A stretch of DNA of 64,000 bases. It comes from a virus (taxonomy: Duplodnaviria > Caudoviricetes). The translations under genes and the position numbers were made by a program. The notes beneath the pieces were generated by a model. The model was not told where the DNA came from. It searched no databases and saw nothing but the letters and a program-made list of their open reading frames with translations. The stretch covers positions 79,319 through 143,318 of the IMG/VR virus record IMGVR_UViG_3300033121_001593, one strand, 5' to 3'. Below are positions 37,394 to 46,272 of this stretch, piece after piece (the first letter of the stretch is position 1; each line of letters begins with the position of its first letter).

Positions 37394-37645
37394 ATGACCA
37401 TCACCAAGAGCATCTTCAGCGAAATGGCAAGCGACGATCAGCGCAGCGCCTGGGACGCCATCGACTCCCTGTACCCCGGCACCGAAGGCGACTATGACTT
37501 CGGCAGCAAAATCCTGACGATCACCCTCTACGCCCCGGTGGCTACGGTCACCGATATCGAGACCGACCTCAAGGCCGCCAAGGTCGAATGGACCAGCTAC
37601 ACGGTCAAAGAATACGGCGGCTTTTTCACTATCACGGTTCAATAA
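37394..37645 (+). CDS. Hypothetical protein
   Basis: AAAGGA SD. Confidence 0.6.
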   Translation: MTITKSIFSEMASDDQRSAWDAIDSLYPGTEGDYDFGSKILTITLYAPVATVTDIETDLKAAKVEWTSYTVKEYGGFFTITVQ

Positions 37646-37656
37646 GGACGCCCGCT

Positions 37657-37941
37657 ATGAACGACTCCCTTCTAAGTGCCGCCGATCTTCTCAAACTACA
37701 ATACGCCCGCGCCGAATATCTCCCTGAGCCGGTTACGCTCGACTTCGCCGCCGTGCTACGCCTGGTCGAAAACCATCTCGACTTCGGGCGCGAGGCCGAG
37801 GCCCGCGAACTGCTCAACCTGGCCGACTCCGAGCTAGCCACGCTTGAGGCCGAGGACGACGGCCGGCGCGCCAATATCGAGGCCCGGCTAGAGCAAGCCT
37901 GGCAGCGCCTGAACGGCGACTATTCCGAACTTGAGGACTGA
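37657..37941 (+). CDS. Hypothetical protein
   Basis: AAGGA SD. Confidence 0.55.
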   Translation: MNDSLLSAADLLKLQYARAEYLPEPVTLDFAAVLRLVENHLDFGREAEARELLNLADSELATLEAEDDGRRANIEARLEQAWQRLNGDYSELED

Positions 37942-37945
37942 CCCC

Positions 37946-38371
37946 ATGAACGCACAAGAAGCCCATATCAGCCTGCTCCGCGAGGCCCTAGACGAAATCC
38001 TGGGCCAGTTAGACGATATCGACCTAAAGCAATTCGGGATCGCCCGGACACGCTCCGCCGAAATTCGCGCCCTGGTCAACGAAGGCCCGACCGCCGAACA
38101 GATCGCCGCGCGCCGGGCCGAATTCAGCCCGGACGGTGCGCTGGAGCCGGACTTGCCCCTGGTCGAATTCCTGCCCGGCAACGGCACCGGCGGGATCATG
38201 CTGCCCGTGAGCTACATCGCCGACTTCCCCATCGGCCGGCACCACCGCTGCGCCTTTTGCCAGGGCGACCCCTGCGCCGAGGCTAGCCCGCCCGACGCGC
38301 CGATCAGCCTATATTTTCAAGCCAGCCCGCGCGCCGAAGCCTGCCCGTTCTGCCTGGGCCGCGCATCATAA
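37946..38371 (+). CDS. Hypothetical Zn-finger protein
   Basis: CAFCQGDPC...CPFCLG. Confidence 0.55.
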   Translation: MNAQEAHISLLREALDEILGQLDDIDLKQFGIARTRSAEIRALVNEGPTAEQIAARRAEFSPDGALEPDLPLVEFLPGNGTGGIMLPVSYIADFPIGRHHRCAFCQGDPCAEASPPDAPISLYFQASPRAEACPFCLGRAS

Positions 38372-38381
38372 AGGAGCCGAA

Positions 38382-38684
38382 ATGACTAACCACGAACACG
38401 ACCCGCGCGGCGGGTATCACCAGGAGATCATCGCCCTCATGGGCATTGTCGCCCGTGCCGAGGAGCTGACCGGGCCGGCCACGATCTGGACCGACCCAGC
38501 CCTTCGGCTATACCTGGAGCGACTTGAGCCAGGAGACGACTTCGAGATTGTCGAGGCCCGCCGCCGTTACGTGCTGGCGCGCGGCATGATCGAGGAAAAG
38601 CTGCGCAATGCCGCCCGCGCCTCTCTACGTATGGCCGGCTTGCCCTCCTCACTGGACGCCGACGAATTGCTACCGCGGCCCTAA
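38382..38684 (+). CDS. Hypothetical protein
   Basis: AAAGGAG SD. Confidence 0.55.
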   Translation: MTNHEHDPRGGYHQEIIALMGIVARAEELTGPATIWTDPALRLYLERLEPGDDFEIVEARRRYVLARGMIEEKLRNAARASLRMAGLPSSLDADELLPRP

Positions 38685-38789
38685 ACCCGCCGCAGCATAA
38701 GGTCATACCGGGCCGCGGCACAAAAGCCCGCTACGGCCCGCCTAGCGCCCCACGCGGGCAACGTGCCCGCCCCTTACAAGGAGCCAACC

Positions 38790-39122
38790 ATGCCGAATAT
38801 CACCGTCGCCATCGTCAACGGCAAGCACTACTTTGATGACTGCGACGAGGCCCAAGCCCGCCTCGCCTGCCGGATACACAAGATCGAGATCGTAACCCTG
38901 GAGGTCAAGGTCATGGCGAAGCTGCAAGCCTACGGCCTGGCCGATACCAAGCCGGCGACCGAGTTCGCCCCCGGCGACGTGCGCCTGTTCAACTATGGCC
39001 AGCGCGCGACGGTCAAGGCGGTGCGCCGCGCCTCCCCCCGCTTCCTCGAATTCGAGTATGATAACGGCAGCACGCAGCGTTTTCGCGACGACGTGCGCCT
39101 GGCCTGGGCCGCGCCGGCCTGA
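38790..39122 (+). CDS. Hypothetical protein
   Basis: AAGGAG SD at the ATG 38790. Confidence 0.55.
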   Translation: MPNITVAIVNGKHYFDDCDEAQARLACRIHKIEIVTLEVKVMAKLQAYGLADTKPATEFAPGDVRLFNYGQRATVKAVRRASPRFLEFEYDNGSTQRFRDDVRLAWAAPA

Positions 39123-39192
39123 AACGAGTTTTAGAAAAAGGCCAAAGTTTAAGGTTGTATATCTTGACATTCTGAACGAATAGGAGTAAAAT
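39122..39192 (+). promoter_or_regulatory. Early promoter (type B)
   Basis: AAACGAGTTTT...TTTAAGGTT-7-TTGACA-17-TAAAAT. Confidence 0.8.
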
Positions 39193-39249
39193 GATTTATA
39201 GTTAGATAACGAAATTCAGCCGCAGCCAAAGCCCAAAGGAACCCCGAAC

Positions 39250-39459
39250 ATGACCACCCAGACCAACACCACCTACCTGAGCAACGAAGAGATCACCGAA
39301 CTGGCCGAAATGACCGGAGCCTCCTTCGAGGTAGTATTGAAGGTCACGAAGCAGGTCGAGGCGGGCTGGAATTTCGACGTAGAGCCGGATTATGCAATGG
39401 TCACCGACCGGATCATCGAGGACGTTACCTACGAAATCTCGATGGGCCGCGGCCAGTAG
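39250..39459 (+). CDS. Acidic early protein
   Basis: First ORF behind a promoter. Confidence 0.6.
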   Translation: MTTQTNTTYLSNEEITELAEMTGASFEVVLKVTKQVEAGWNFDVEPDYAMVTDRIIEDVTYEISMGRGQ

Positions 39460-39525
39460 ACCACAGACGAAAATCACAAGGGGCCGGCCTTCCGGCCCTC
39501 ACAGCAGCGAAAGGGCACCCCTGAC

Positions 39526-39756
39526 ATGACCACCCGAACTTATGCCGAACAAGCCGAAAACGCCGAAGACCTGGGAGCGATATGGGTCGAGCGCGAGACG
39601 GAAGTCATGAATTTACAGGCGGCCGCCGACGAGATCGGCCTGAGCAAGGCCGAGTGGCTGTACCGCCAAGGGCTGGTCGACCAGGCCAAGGCCGCCAGCG
39701 AGGCCGCCTGGACCGCCTTTGACGCCGCAATGATCGAAGCCAGCCCCGACCGGTAA
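39526..39756 (+). CDS. Hypothetical protein
   Basis: GCAGCGAAAGGG leader. Confidence 0.55.
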   Translation: MTTRTYAEQAENAEDLGAIWVERETEVMNLQAAADEIGLSKAEWLYRQGLVDQAKAASEAAWTAFDAAMIEASPDR

Positions 39757-39901
39757 GACCCCCGGTCGGCCCGACAAGGAGGCCCCTATGAAAGCCTAAG
39801 CCCCGAAGGGGGACGCCATGAGCGGCGACGGCTCCGCAAACAAGACCAGCGGAGCGCCGCCGCCTGTTTGAATGACCAACCGCAGCGAAAGGACAGAAAC
39901 G

Positions 39902-40162
39902 ATGGCCCGCCAAAAGCGCCAGCTAACAAGCGAACAGTTACTCGAAATACTTGACCAGGCCCGGATCAACCTGGAGAACGCCGAACGAACGAACCAGACG
40001 CTAGCCGATCAGCTAACCGGCGCGGTCGCTCACAACCGCGCCCTGAGCGCCGGCCTTGAGGCCGCCCTGCGTCACTTCCGCCTGGCCCCGTTTGCCTACG
40101 ACTCGGCGGACGGCTGGGCGTCCCACGCCCGCCTGCTGAAGGAACTGGAGAGCCTGCTATGA
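39902..40162 (+). CDS. Hypothetical coiled-coil protein
   Basis: GCAGCGAAAGGA leader. Confidence 0.55.
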   Translation: MARQKRQLTSEQLLEILDQARINLENAERTNQTLADQLTGAVAHNRALSAGLEAALRHFRLAPFAYDSADGWASHARLLKELESLL

Positions 40163-40680
40163 AAGAAACGTCCGTATCGATCACCGCCACCGGCCGGACG
40201 GTCTGGCGCGTCAAAGCTAGCCGCGCCGGGCTGCGGCCGACCTTCCGCTACTTCACGACGACGGGCGCAGCGGTGAAGTTCGCGGCCTGGGAGATCGTCT
40301 CTGCCCGTTACCCGATCTACGACTGGAGCTATACGGTGCGCGGGATCGCCTGCGAATGTCACGACCCCGAAAGCGGCCCCGGCTACTACAGCGCAGGCTG
40401 GGAAGGCTGCCCCCTGCACGATCACCGGGACGGCTACTATGCCCGCCTGCATCGCAAGATCGCCGCCCGCCTGCGCCGTGAGATCGAACGCCCGCCCGCG
40501 CCGCCATCGCTGCTCGATATGGAGCGCCAGGTCCTTGGGAGCCTGGGCGACGCTATGGAGATTCTGAACGTCAGCCAAATGGAAAGCCCCAACCTTGTAG
40601 AGGCCGCGTCCCTCCTGGGCAGGGCTATAACGCAGGTCGAGTGGGCTATTCGCCAGGCCGAGCAGGGCGGTGCCGTATGA
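40159..40680 (+). CDS. Hypothetical protein
   Basis: CEC...CPLH; coupled ORF. Confidence 0.55.
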   Translation: MKETSVSITATGRTVWRVKASRAGLRPTFRYFTTTGAAVKFAAWEIVSARYPIYDWSYTVRGIACECHDPESGPGYYSAGWEGCPLHDHRDGYYARLHRKIAARLRREIERPPAPPSLLDMERQVLGSLGDAMEILNVSQMESPNLVEAASLLGRAITQVEWAIRQAEQGGAV

Positions 40681-41096
40681 CGACGATCACCGAGGATCAG
40701 CGCCGGCAGATCGCCGGCCTGCCGCAGATGTTTGTCTATGGCCGGCCGCGCTGGCCAGTCGGGATCGGCCCCGACTGGATCATCCTGAACGGCCCCGGCT
40801 TTCTCTATGGCCAGCGCGTCTGGGAAGGCGACGGCGCTTTCGGCCGCTGCTTTGCAGCCCTCGATCCTGAGGACCGCGACACGCCCGACTCCCTGGCCGC
40901 CAATCTGGCCGGCCGGCCGGCGCGGGTGACGGTCGTCAGCGAGGCCGCCGCTGCCGAGGATTATGACCGCTGGCGGGCCGCCAAGACCGCCCGTTATGCT
41001 ACCGCCGCCGCCATGCCGGAAGATGCCCTCCGGCGGGCTTGGATTGACGAAAGGCAGGAATCGGAATGCCGCAAATGGCGCAACCAACCGACCTAA
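40677..41096 (+). CDS. Hypothetical protein
   Basis: Coupled ORF. Confidence 0.5.
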   Translation: MTTITEDQRRQIAGLPQMFVYGRPRWPVGIGPDWIILNGPGFLYGQRVWEGDGAFGRCFAALDPEDRDTPDSLAANLAGRPARVTVVSEAAAAEDYDRWRAAKTARYATAAAMPEDALRRAWIDERQESECRKWRNQPT

Positions 41097-41722
41097 CCCC
41101 CACCGGCTGGCGGCCCTCACCGACCGACTGGGATATGATCCCCGGCAACGAACACGTCCGACGCGCTATCGAGATCGCCTTCATTGGCGGGCACTCGATC
41201 TTTATCGTCGGGCCGCGCGGGTCATACGCTGAGGACATGGCCCACTTTGCGCGCGGCCGCGGGATGCGGGCCTACGCCGCCTGGCCCTGCGCCTGCGGCC
41301 GGTCGACCGGCGAGTTCTGCGATACGTGCGGAACTAACACGCAGGACGAGTATATTCGCTCGCACTATCCACCCGCCGGCGCGGTGGATATCTACATCGA
41401 GGCCCGCGCCGAAGTAGGACCGCGCGGCCCCGGCGAGGCCTGGCGCAACGCGGTACACCGCGCCAATGACGCCGCGCCCTGGATGAATGAGGACGGCGCA
41501 AAGATGGAGCTTGATGCCGCCGGCGTCTCCCTCCTGCGAGCCGCCACGGCGATGCTGGCGCTAGACGAGGACGCCTGCAGCCGGATCAAGCACGTCGCCC
41601 GCACGATTGCCTGCGCCGCCCACTCCGAGTTTATTCGCACTCCGCACCTGGCGGAGGCTATTCAGTACAGACCGCCGGCCTATGTAGTGACCGTCACCAC
41701 GCCGGCCAAGGAGGACGACTAA
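41066..41722 (+). CDS. Internally deleted ComM/YifB (Mg-chelatase-like AAA+) homolog
   Basis: GNEHVRRAIEIAFIGGHSIFIVGPRGS, PCACG, VDIYIE, RIKHVARTIA, HLAEAIQYR; Walker A lacks GKT. Confidence 0.75.
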   Translation: MPQMAQPTDLTPTGWRPSPTDWDMIPGNEHVRRAIEIAFIGGHSIFIVGPRGSYAEDMAHFARGRGMRAYAAWPCACGRSTGEFCDTCGTNTQDEYIRSHYPPAGAVDIYIEARAEVGPRGPGEAWRNAVHRANDAAPWMNEDGAKMELDAAGVSLLRAATAMLALDEDACSRIKHVARTIACAAHSEFIRTPHLAEAIQYRPPAYVVTVTTPAKEDD

Positions 41723-42168
41723 TGCCACGCTTTGCCGCCCCTGTTAGCCAGGAGACGCTGCTCGATTGGGTCCGTGACTTCGTGACCCGCCCGCAAGTCG
41801 AGAGCGACCGCCGCGGCGGATGGGCACCGGTCAGCGACGCCGATCTGGGCCTGCTGGACCGGATCATCGAGAATATGATCTGCATTCACTGGGCACCGGA
41901 CGCGGACGGCGACCGGCCCATCGAGTCCTATCTGAATGACCGGACGCAGTTCGAGCCATGGCCCTGGGTGCCCGTGCCCTACTGGCACGGGGCCGGCGAC
42001 ATAGAGGAATTCGTGACGGCCACGATGCGCAACGCGCAGGCCGCCACCGCCCGCTTTGCCCTGGCCCTGGAGTTTGCCGAGAGCCGGCGCGAGGCCGCCG
42101 CCAAGGCCGACCGTGAGGCCGCCGCCGCCCTGGCCCTCGCCGACATAACCGACGCTTCCCTGCCCTGA
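41722..42168 (+). CDS. Hypothetical protein
   Basis: Coupled ORF. Confidence 0.5.
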   Translation: MPRFAAPVSQETLLDWVRDFVTRPQVESDRRGGWAPVSDADLGLLDRIIENMICIHWAPDADGDRPIESYLNDRTQFEPWPWVPVPYWHGAGDIEEFVTATMRNAQAATARFALALEFAESRREAAAKADREAAAALALADITDASLP

Positions 42169-42196
42169 GAGACCCCGGCCGCCGGCCCCGCCTCAA

Positions 42197-42226
42197 AAAG
42201 CCCGCTTGACAAGAGCGGGCTTTTTC
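42197..42226 (+). terminator. Intrinsic terminator
   Basis: AAAGCCCGCTTGACAAGAGCGGGCTTTTT. Confidence 0.65.
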
Positions 42227-42230
42227 GCGC

Positions 42231-42304
42231 CAACCTTAAAAGTTTGCGACTTTTTGTCAAAAGGCCCAAAACCGCTTGACAAACTAAACGACCTGTAGTA
42301 GAAT
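42231..42304 (+). promoter_or_regulatory. Early promoter (type A) driving the ncRNA candidate
   Basis: AACCTTAAA box, TTGACA-17-TAGAAT. Confidence 0.8.
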
Positions 42305-42310
42305 GACTAT

Positions 42311-42662
42311 AGGATAAAGAAAGGCATTAACAACCGCATAGGGAAAGGCCCACGGGGCTGCAAGGCCCCACTCGCTAAGTAGGCTGCTAGGACAACACAA
42401 GCCATAAGCACTCGAAGCCCGGCAACGGGCGGCCCTCTCAGGGTAAGTCAGACAAACGGCGGCTAGGCCCGGAAGACCTCACAAAAGGCAGGGTATCGGC
42501 AGGCAGGCACTGAGAGTTCGGGAAGGCGGGATGAAGATACTAGCGGAGACGTTGACCGGATAAGAAGCTGAGCGCCAGGGGACGAACCGGGCGAAGGTGA
42601 AGGACCAACAGCGGAAAACCAAGGCAAGGCGAGAGGCACCCCTAAGCGGCGGTTAAGGCCCC
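42311..42662 (+). ncRNA. Large structured ncRNA candidate (~340 nt)
   Basis: No ORF >=60 aa; closing helix 42323-42343/42640-42660; nested helices; two GCAA tetraloop hairpins; purine-rich loops. Confidence 0.65.
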
Positions 42663-42687
42663 AAGGATCAGCGTAAGGACCAAACCA

Positions 42688-43014
42688 ATGACCACCGACC
42701 CCAGCAATATCTACACGCAGACCCCGCCAAACGCGACGACGCTCGGCTACTGGATGCGCCAGGCCGCTAATGACTATCCACGCGTCACGCGCCAGATCAT
42801 TCAGGCCGGGGTCGACGCCGTCGACGCGGTGGCCGCTCAGGGCGCGGATGCAGCGCCGGCAATCATAGCCGCCGCCTGGCGTAAGATCGTGGAGGCCATT
42901 GACGAGTATCGCGGGAACACCTGCACGAGCTGCCGAGGGCGCGGGCGTTCCGAAAACGTCGAAGCCTTTTGGCCCTGCCAGGATTGCGCCCCATTCGCAG
43001 ACGAGATGAACTAG
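42688..43014 (+). CDS. Hypothetical Zn-finger protein (1 Leu in 108 aa)
   Basis: CTSCRGRG...WPCQDC. Confidence 0.6.
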   Translation: MTTDPSNIYTQTPPNATTLGYWMRQAANDYPRVTRQIIQAGVDAVDAVAAQGADAAPAIIAAAWRKIVEAIDEYRGNTCTSCRGRGRSENVEAFWPCQDCAPFADEMN

Positions 43015-43029
43015 GAAGGACCCCCGACC

Positions 43030-43179
43030 ATGACAGACCTACTCCCGATCGGCCGACTACATGAGCTTTTGATTATCAAGAATGCGTTTGACGCTGTGCC
43101 GCTTTCGCCTGCACAGCAAAGGCTCCACGACGCGATGAAGGCCCGCCAGGCCGCCAGCACAACTAGCCAGGCTCGCTGA
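43030..43179 (+). CDS. Small hypothetical protein
   Basis: 49 aa, AAGGA SD. Confidence 0.4.
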   Translation: MTDLLPIGRLHELLIIKNAFDAVPLSPAQQRLHDAMKARQAASTTSQAR

Positions 43180-43206
43180 CGACGATCACAAAGGACCCCC
43201 GTCCCC

Positions 43207-43479
43207 ATGCCGCTCACGCTAACAAAGACGATCACCGTAACCCTCACCGCCGAGTGGTGTAGATACGAATTCCTCCCGATGACGCCGGAGTTCAGACGCC
43301 AACGCCGCGGCCTGGACGATCCAATGGATAAGTGCTTTTTCTGCGGCCATCGGTTCAAAGATGGCGAGATGATGTCACTGGCCAGGATCATCGGCCAAGG
43401 CGGCAACAGGATTCTTTGTCAGGAATGCGCGGGTGAATTACTCGCCAGCCAGGAAGTTACCGAAGGAGCGATAGAATGA
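43207..43479 (+). CDS. Zn-finger protein
   Basis: CFFCGH...LCQEC. Confidence 0.6.
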   Translation: MPLTLTKTITVTLTAEWCRYEFLPMTPEFRRQRRGLDDPMDKCFFCGHRFKDGEMMSLARIIGQGGNRILCQECAGELLASQEVTEGAIE

Positions 43480-43778
43480 CCAGAGCAGACACGTTAGCTA
43501 CCCCCGCCCGGATCGACCAGGCCGCCGCCCAGGAACTGATCGACGCCATCGAGGCGTATACCGCAGCCGCGGAGCGTATGGTGCTGGCCAACGGAGAGGA
43601 CGACGAAGCCGTCGATACAACCAACCGCGAATGTCTGACGGCGCAGCGCCGGCTAGAGGCCGCGTTCGTCGCCGCCACCGGCTGGACCGTAACGTTTCAC
43701 CCCGCCGAGTATGGACGCAGGGAGAGTGAGCCAGTCACCGCCCGACCAAGCGTCCCGCCCTACTGGACTATCGCATAA
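43476..43778 (+). CDS. Hypothetical protein
   Basis: Coupled ORF. Confidence 0.55.
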   Translation: MTRADTLATPARIDQAAAQELIDAIEAYTAAAERMVLANGEDDEAVDTTNRECLTAQRRLEAAFVAATGWTVTFHPAEYGRRESEPVTARPSVPPYWTIA

Positions 43779-43799
43779 CGCCCAAGGAGAAGCAATACC

Positions 43800-43985
43800 A
43801 TGGCCAGAACTAACATGCAGACCGGGACCGTCGCGGAAGATGTAACCGTTAAGCTCGATCAGGGCGGCGGAGTATCCTACTCGATCAACCTTACAAAGGG
43901 CAGCCCGATCACCCTGATCGTCATCGACAATTCGCCGCGCGGCTATCGCCAACCGGCCGCGCCCAAGGAGGATACCCCATTTTGA
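43800..43985 (+). CDS. Hypothetical protein
   Basis: AAGGAG SD; ends in EDTPF (SSB-tail-like). Confidence 0.5.
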   Translation: MARTNMQTGTVAEDVTVKLDQGGGVSYSINLTKGSPITLIVIDNSPRGYRQPAAPKEDTPF

Positions 43986-44173
43986 AGTCCGAATACAAAG
44001 CCCTACTGTCAGACGTTCGGAGCGCCTACGCCGAAACCACCGAAACCGCCCTGGCCCTGTCCAGAGCACAAGACGCTTATGCCCGCGCGGCCGCGCGGGC
44101 GGACGTCGCCGTCCAGGCCCTCACACGGTACGTCGAAAGCCTGGAAGTCCAGATCGAGGACCCGCCGTCATGA
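43982..44173 (+). CDS. Hypothetical protein
   Basis: Coupled ORF. Confidence 0.5.
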   Translation: MKSEYKALLSDVRSAYAETTETALALSRAQDAYARAAARADVAVQALTRYVESLEVQIEDPPS

Positions 44174-44565
44174 ACGAACAGGAAGCCGCCGCCTGGGGCC
44201 GCCTAGAGAACGCCCTGCGCCTGCGCGACATGGCCGGCATCACGAGCCAAGCCGGAGTGATGGTCGCTCAAAAGCGCGCCTACAAGCGCCGCACGCTGGC
44301 CGGCCTCACGCCGAACGAGGCCGCCAGCCTGGTACGCGAGGCGCAGGCCGCCGAGGACCGCATGATCCGCAACCTGACGCCGGAGGACTATGTAGCCTCC
44401 GACAAGGCCGCCCGGACGCTGGTCCAGGAAGGCGTCTGCGTCTACTACGCCGGCAAGGCCGACCTACTGAGCGCGGTCTTGCGCCGGCAAGGCGAAGTTA
44501 CCCGGCACGCCGTCGGCGACTCGCTGCTTGGGATCACCTACCGCCTGGAGGCGCTTGAAGGATGA
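44170..44565 (+). CDS. Hypothetical protein
   Basis: Coupled ORF. Confidence 0.55.
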   Translation: MNEQEAAAWGRLENALRLRDMAGITSQAGVMVAQKRAYKRRTLAGLTPNEAASLVREAQAAEDRMIRNLTPEDYVASDKAARTLVQEGVCVYYAGKADLLSAVLRRQGEVTRHAVGDSLLGITYRLEALEG

Positions 44566-45395
44566 ACGATAAGCTGAACGATCATATGATCGTTGCCGTC
44601 TTTTATCAGCGCGGGGCGAGTGGCTTCTATAAGCCCTACTCGATCTGGCGGATCGATCAAATGGGCCGGCCGGCCGGCCTGTGGACCGTCGACTCGACGT
44701 GGAGCGACGCGACGACCAGTGACTATTACCGCGGCTATCTAAATCCTGGCCCGCAGACATACTCCCGCCGGGCGGAGGCCATCAAAGAGGCCCGCCGCGC
44801 CGCCAAGCTTTCTGGCCTGGCCGTCGACGTAAATGACCGCCTGTACAGCGACCTGTTCGGGCCGGCTGTCGTCTGCGCGATTTGTGGCGCGCAGCTACCT
44901 AGCCGCGGCTGGGAGCCAAAAATCTGTAAAGGCTGCCAGGTGATCCACGAGCACGGACTGCGCGCCCTGGGCGACAAGCAGGCGTATATGGTCGGCCCTC
45001 ACCCCGGCAACGGGCGCGCCATGGAAGGGCACAGAGTCCTCTACCCCCTGCCCGATCTATTGGCCGCCCTCACCGGGTCCATCGTGCGAGAAAAGCGCAG
45101 CGAACGCGCCGAGAGGTTCGGTGATTCTCCGAAGAAAGAAGGCCCTAAGCAGACGGTCGGCTATCGCAGAGAAGACTCTTACTGGGGCGGCGACATGGTG
45201 GTCGATCTGACGCCCGCTCAGGCCGCGGCATGGACCGCGGCCGTCGAATGGATACAGGCCGAGATCGATAGGACCGAACGAGTCGCCCTCGATCAGGGCA
45301 CCCGCCTGCTGACCGGCCTGGCGGCCGGCACGCTATCGCCTGAGGACTTCGAGCCTCAAATCATCCAACTGAGAAAAGGACGCCCGCTGCGATGA
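44562..45395 (+). CDS. Hypothetical protein with Zn ribbon
   Basis: 277 aa, CAICG...CKGC. Confidence 0.6.
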   Translation: MNDKLNDHMIVAVFYQRGASGFYKPYSIWRIDQMGRPAGLWTVDSTWSDATTSDYYRGYLNPGPQTYSRRAEAIKEARRAAKLSGLAVDVNDRLYSDLFGPAVVCAICGAQLPSRGWEPKICKGCQVIHEHGLRALGDKQAYMVGPHPGNGRAMEGHRVLYPLPDLLAALTGSIVREKRSERAERFGDSPKKEGPKQTVGYRREDSYWGGDMVVDLTPAQAAAWTAAVEWIQAEIDRTERVALDQGTRLLTGLAAGTLSPEDFEPQIIQLRKGRPLR

Positions 45396-45790
45396 CACAA
45401 CCAACCCCCGGCCCGCATAGCGCCGGCACACAAGACACCAAGATTGCCGACTGCATCCTGGCCCCCGGCGCGCTGCTGCTGGGTATGGCCTTCTTTGACG
45501 GCGACCCCGACGAGAACCCCAAAGACGAGCCGGGCGTGCGCTGGATCACCAGGGAGGAGGCCGTTGCCAACGCTCGCCTCTGGTCAGCGGCCGGCGACCT
45601 GTTGGCCGTCGCCCTGGATCAAACCGCCGTCGAGGCACGCGTCCGCGCCCTCACTGAGGTGATCGAGGACTGGACGCAGGCGACCCCCGATCAAGTCACC
45701 GAGATCAAGGTCATTGGCGAGGAGGTCAGACGCTTGAAAGATGCCCGCGCGGCCGCTATCGCCAAGGCTATAGGAGGCGCTGAACTATGA
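45392..45790 (+). CDS. Phage TPGP...ANARL...AIAKA-family protein
   Basis: PTPGP, ANARLWSAAGDLL, AAIAKA; paralog 46269-46637. Confidence 0.6.
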   Translation: MTQPTPGPHSAGTQDTKIADCILAPGALLLGMAFFDGDPDENPKDEPGVRWITREEAVANARLWSAAGDLLAVALDQTAVEARVRALTEVIEDWTQATPDQVTEIKVIGEEVRRLKDARAAAIAKAIGGAEL

Positions 45791-46272
45791 CCCGCAAGAA
45801 CGCCGCAACGAGGTTTGTATTCGGGATCGCCCTGGTGACAATCCTTGCCATCGCCGGCCATGGAGTCGCCTTTGCGCAGCAAGGCCCGGACACGGAAACG
45901 CCGGCCGGGAGCCGCATCTACATGCCTCTCGCGCAGATTGGGCCATCGGGATGCGGCAGCGCCGGCGGAAACGGAAAGCCCATCTGGACATACGTCACGG
46001 GGCAAGGGATCGACGTCTGGATCACCAGCCGCTGCCCGGCGCACGTTCACATCTGGGTAAGGGTTTGGTACTCAGGCCCGTCCTGCCTGCAAGGATATTG
46101 CCAAACGTCCTGGGCCTGGATGACGGAGGACTGGGTGATAATCCCGAAGGTTGTCACGGTCGAGGCAACGAACGAAATTCATATCAACGAGTTTGTCGAG
46201 TTCGTCTCGGTCATGAATATACCCTTCAGCCTAGACGTGTACCCCTGGCCTCCAACGGAGAACGTAAAATGA
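45787..46272 (+). CDS. Secreted/membrane protein
   Basis: Signal peptide ending AFA, followed by SRIYMPLAQ. Confidence 0.6.
   Translation: MTRKNAATRFVFGIALVTILAIAGHGVAFAQQGPDTETPAGSRIYMPLAQIGPSGCGSAGGNGKPIWTYVTGQGIDVWITSRCPAHVHIWVRVWYSGPSCLQGYCQTSWAWMTEDWVIIPKVVTVEATNEIHINEFVEFVSVMNIPFSLDVYPWPPTENVK

Noticed and set aside
42311-42662. RNase P RNA, tmRNA or tRNA identity for the ncRNA candidate
   Set aside because: GGAAAGGCC and GGGGCTG resemble their 5' motifs, but the matching 3' P4 strand and the T-arm/CCA end are absent.
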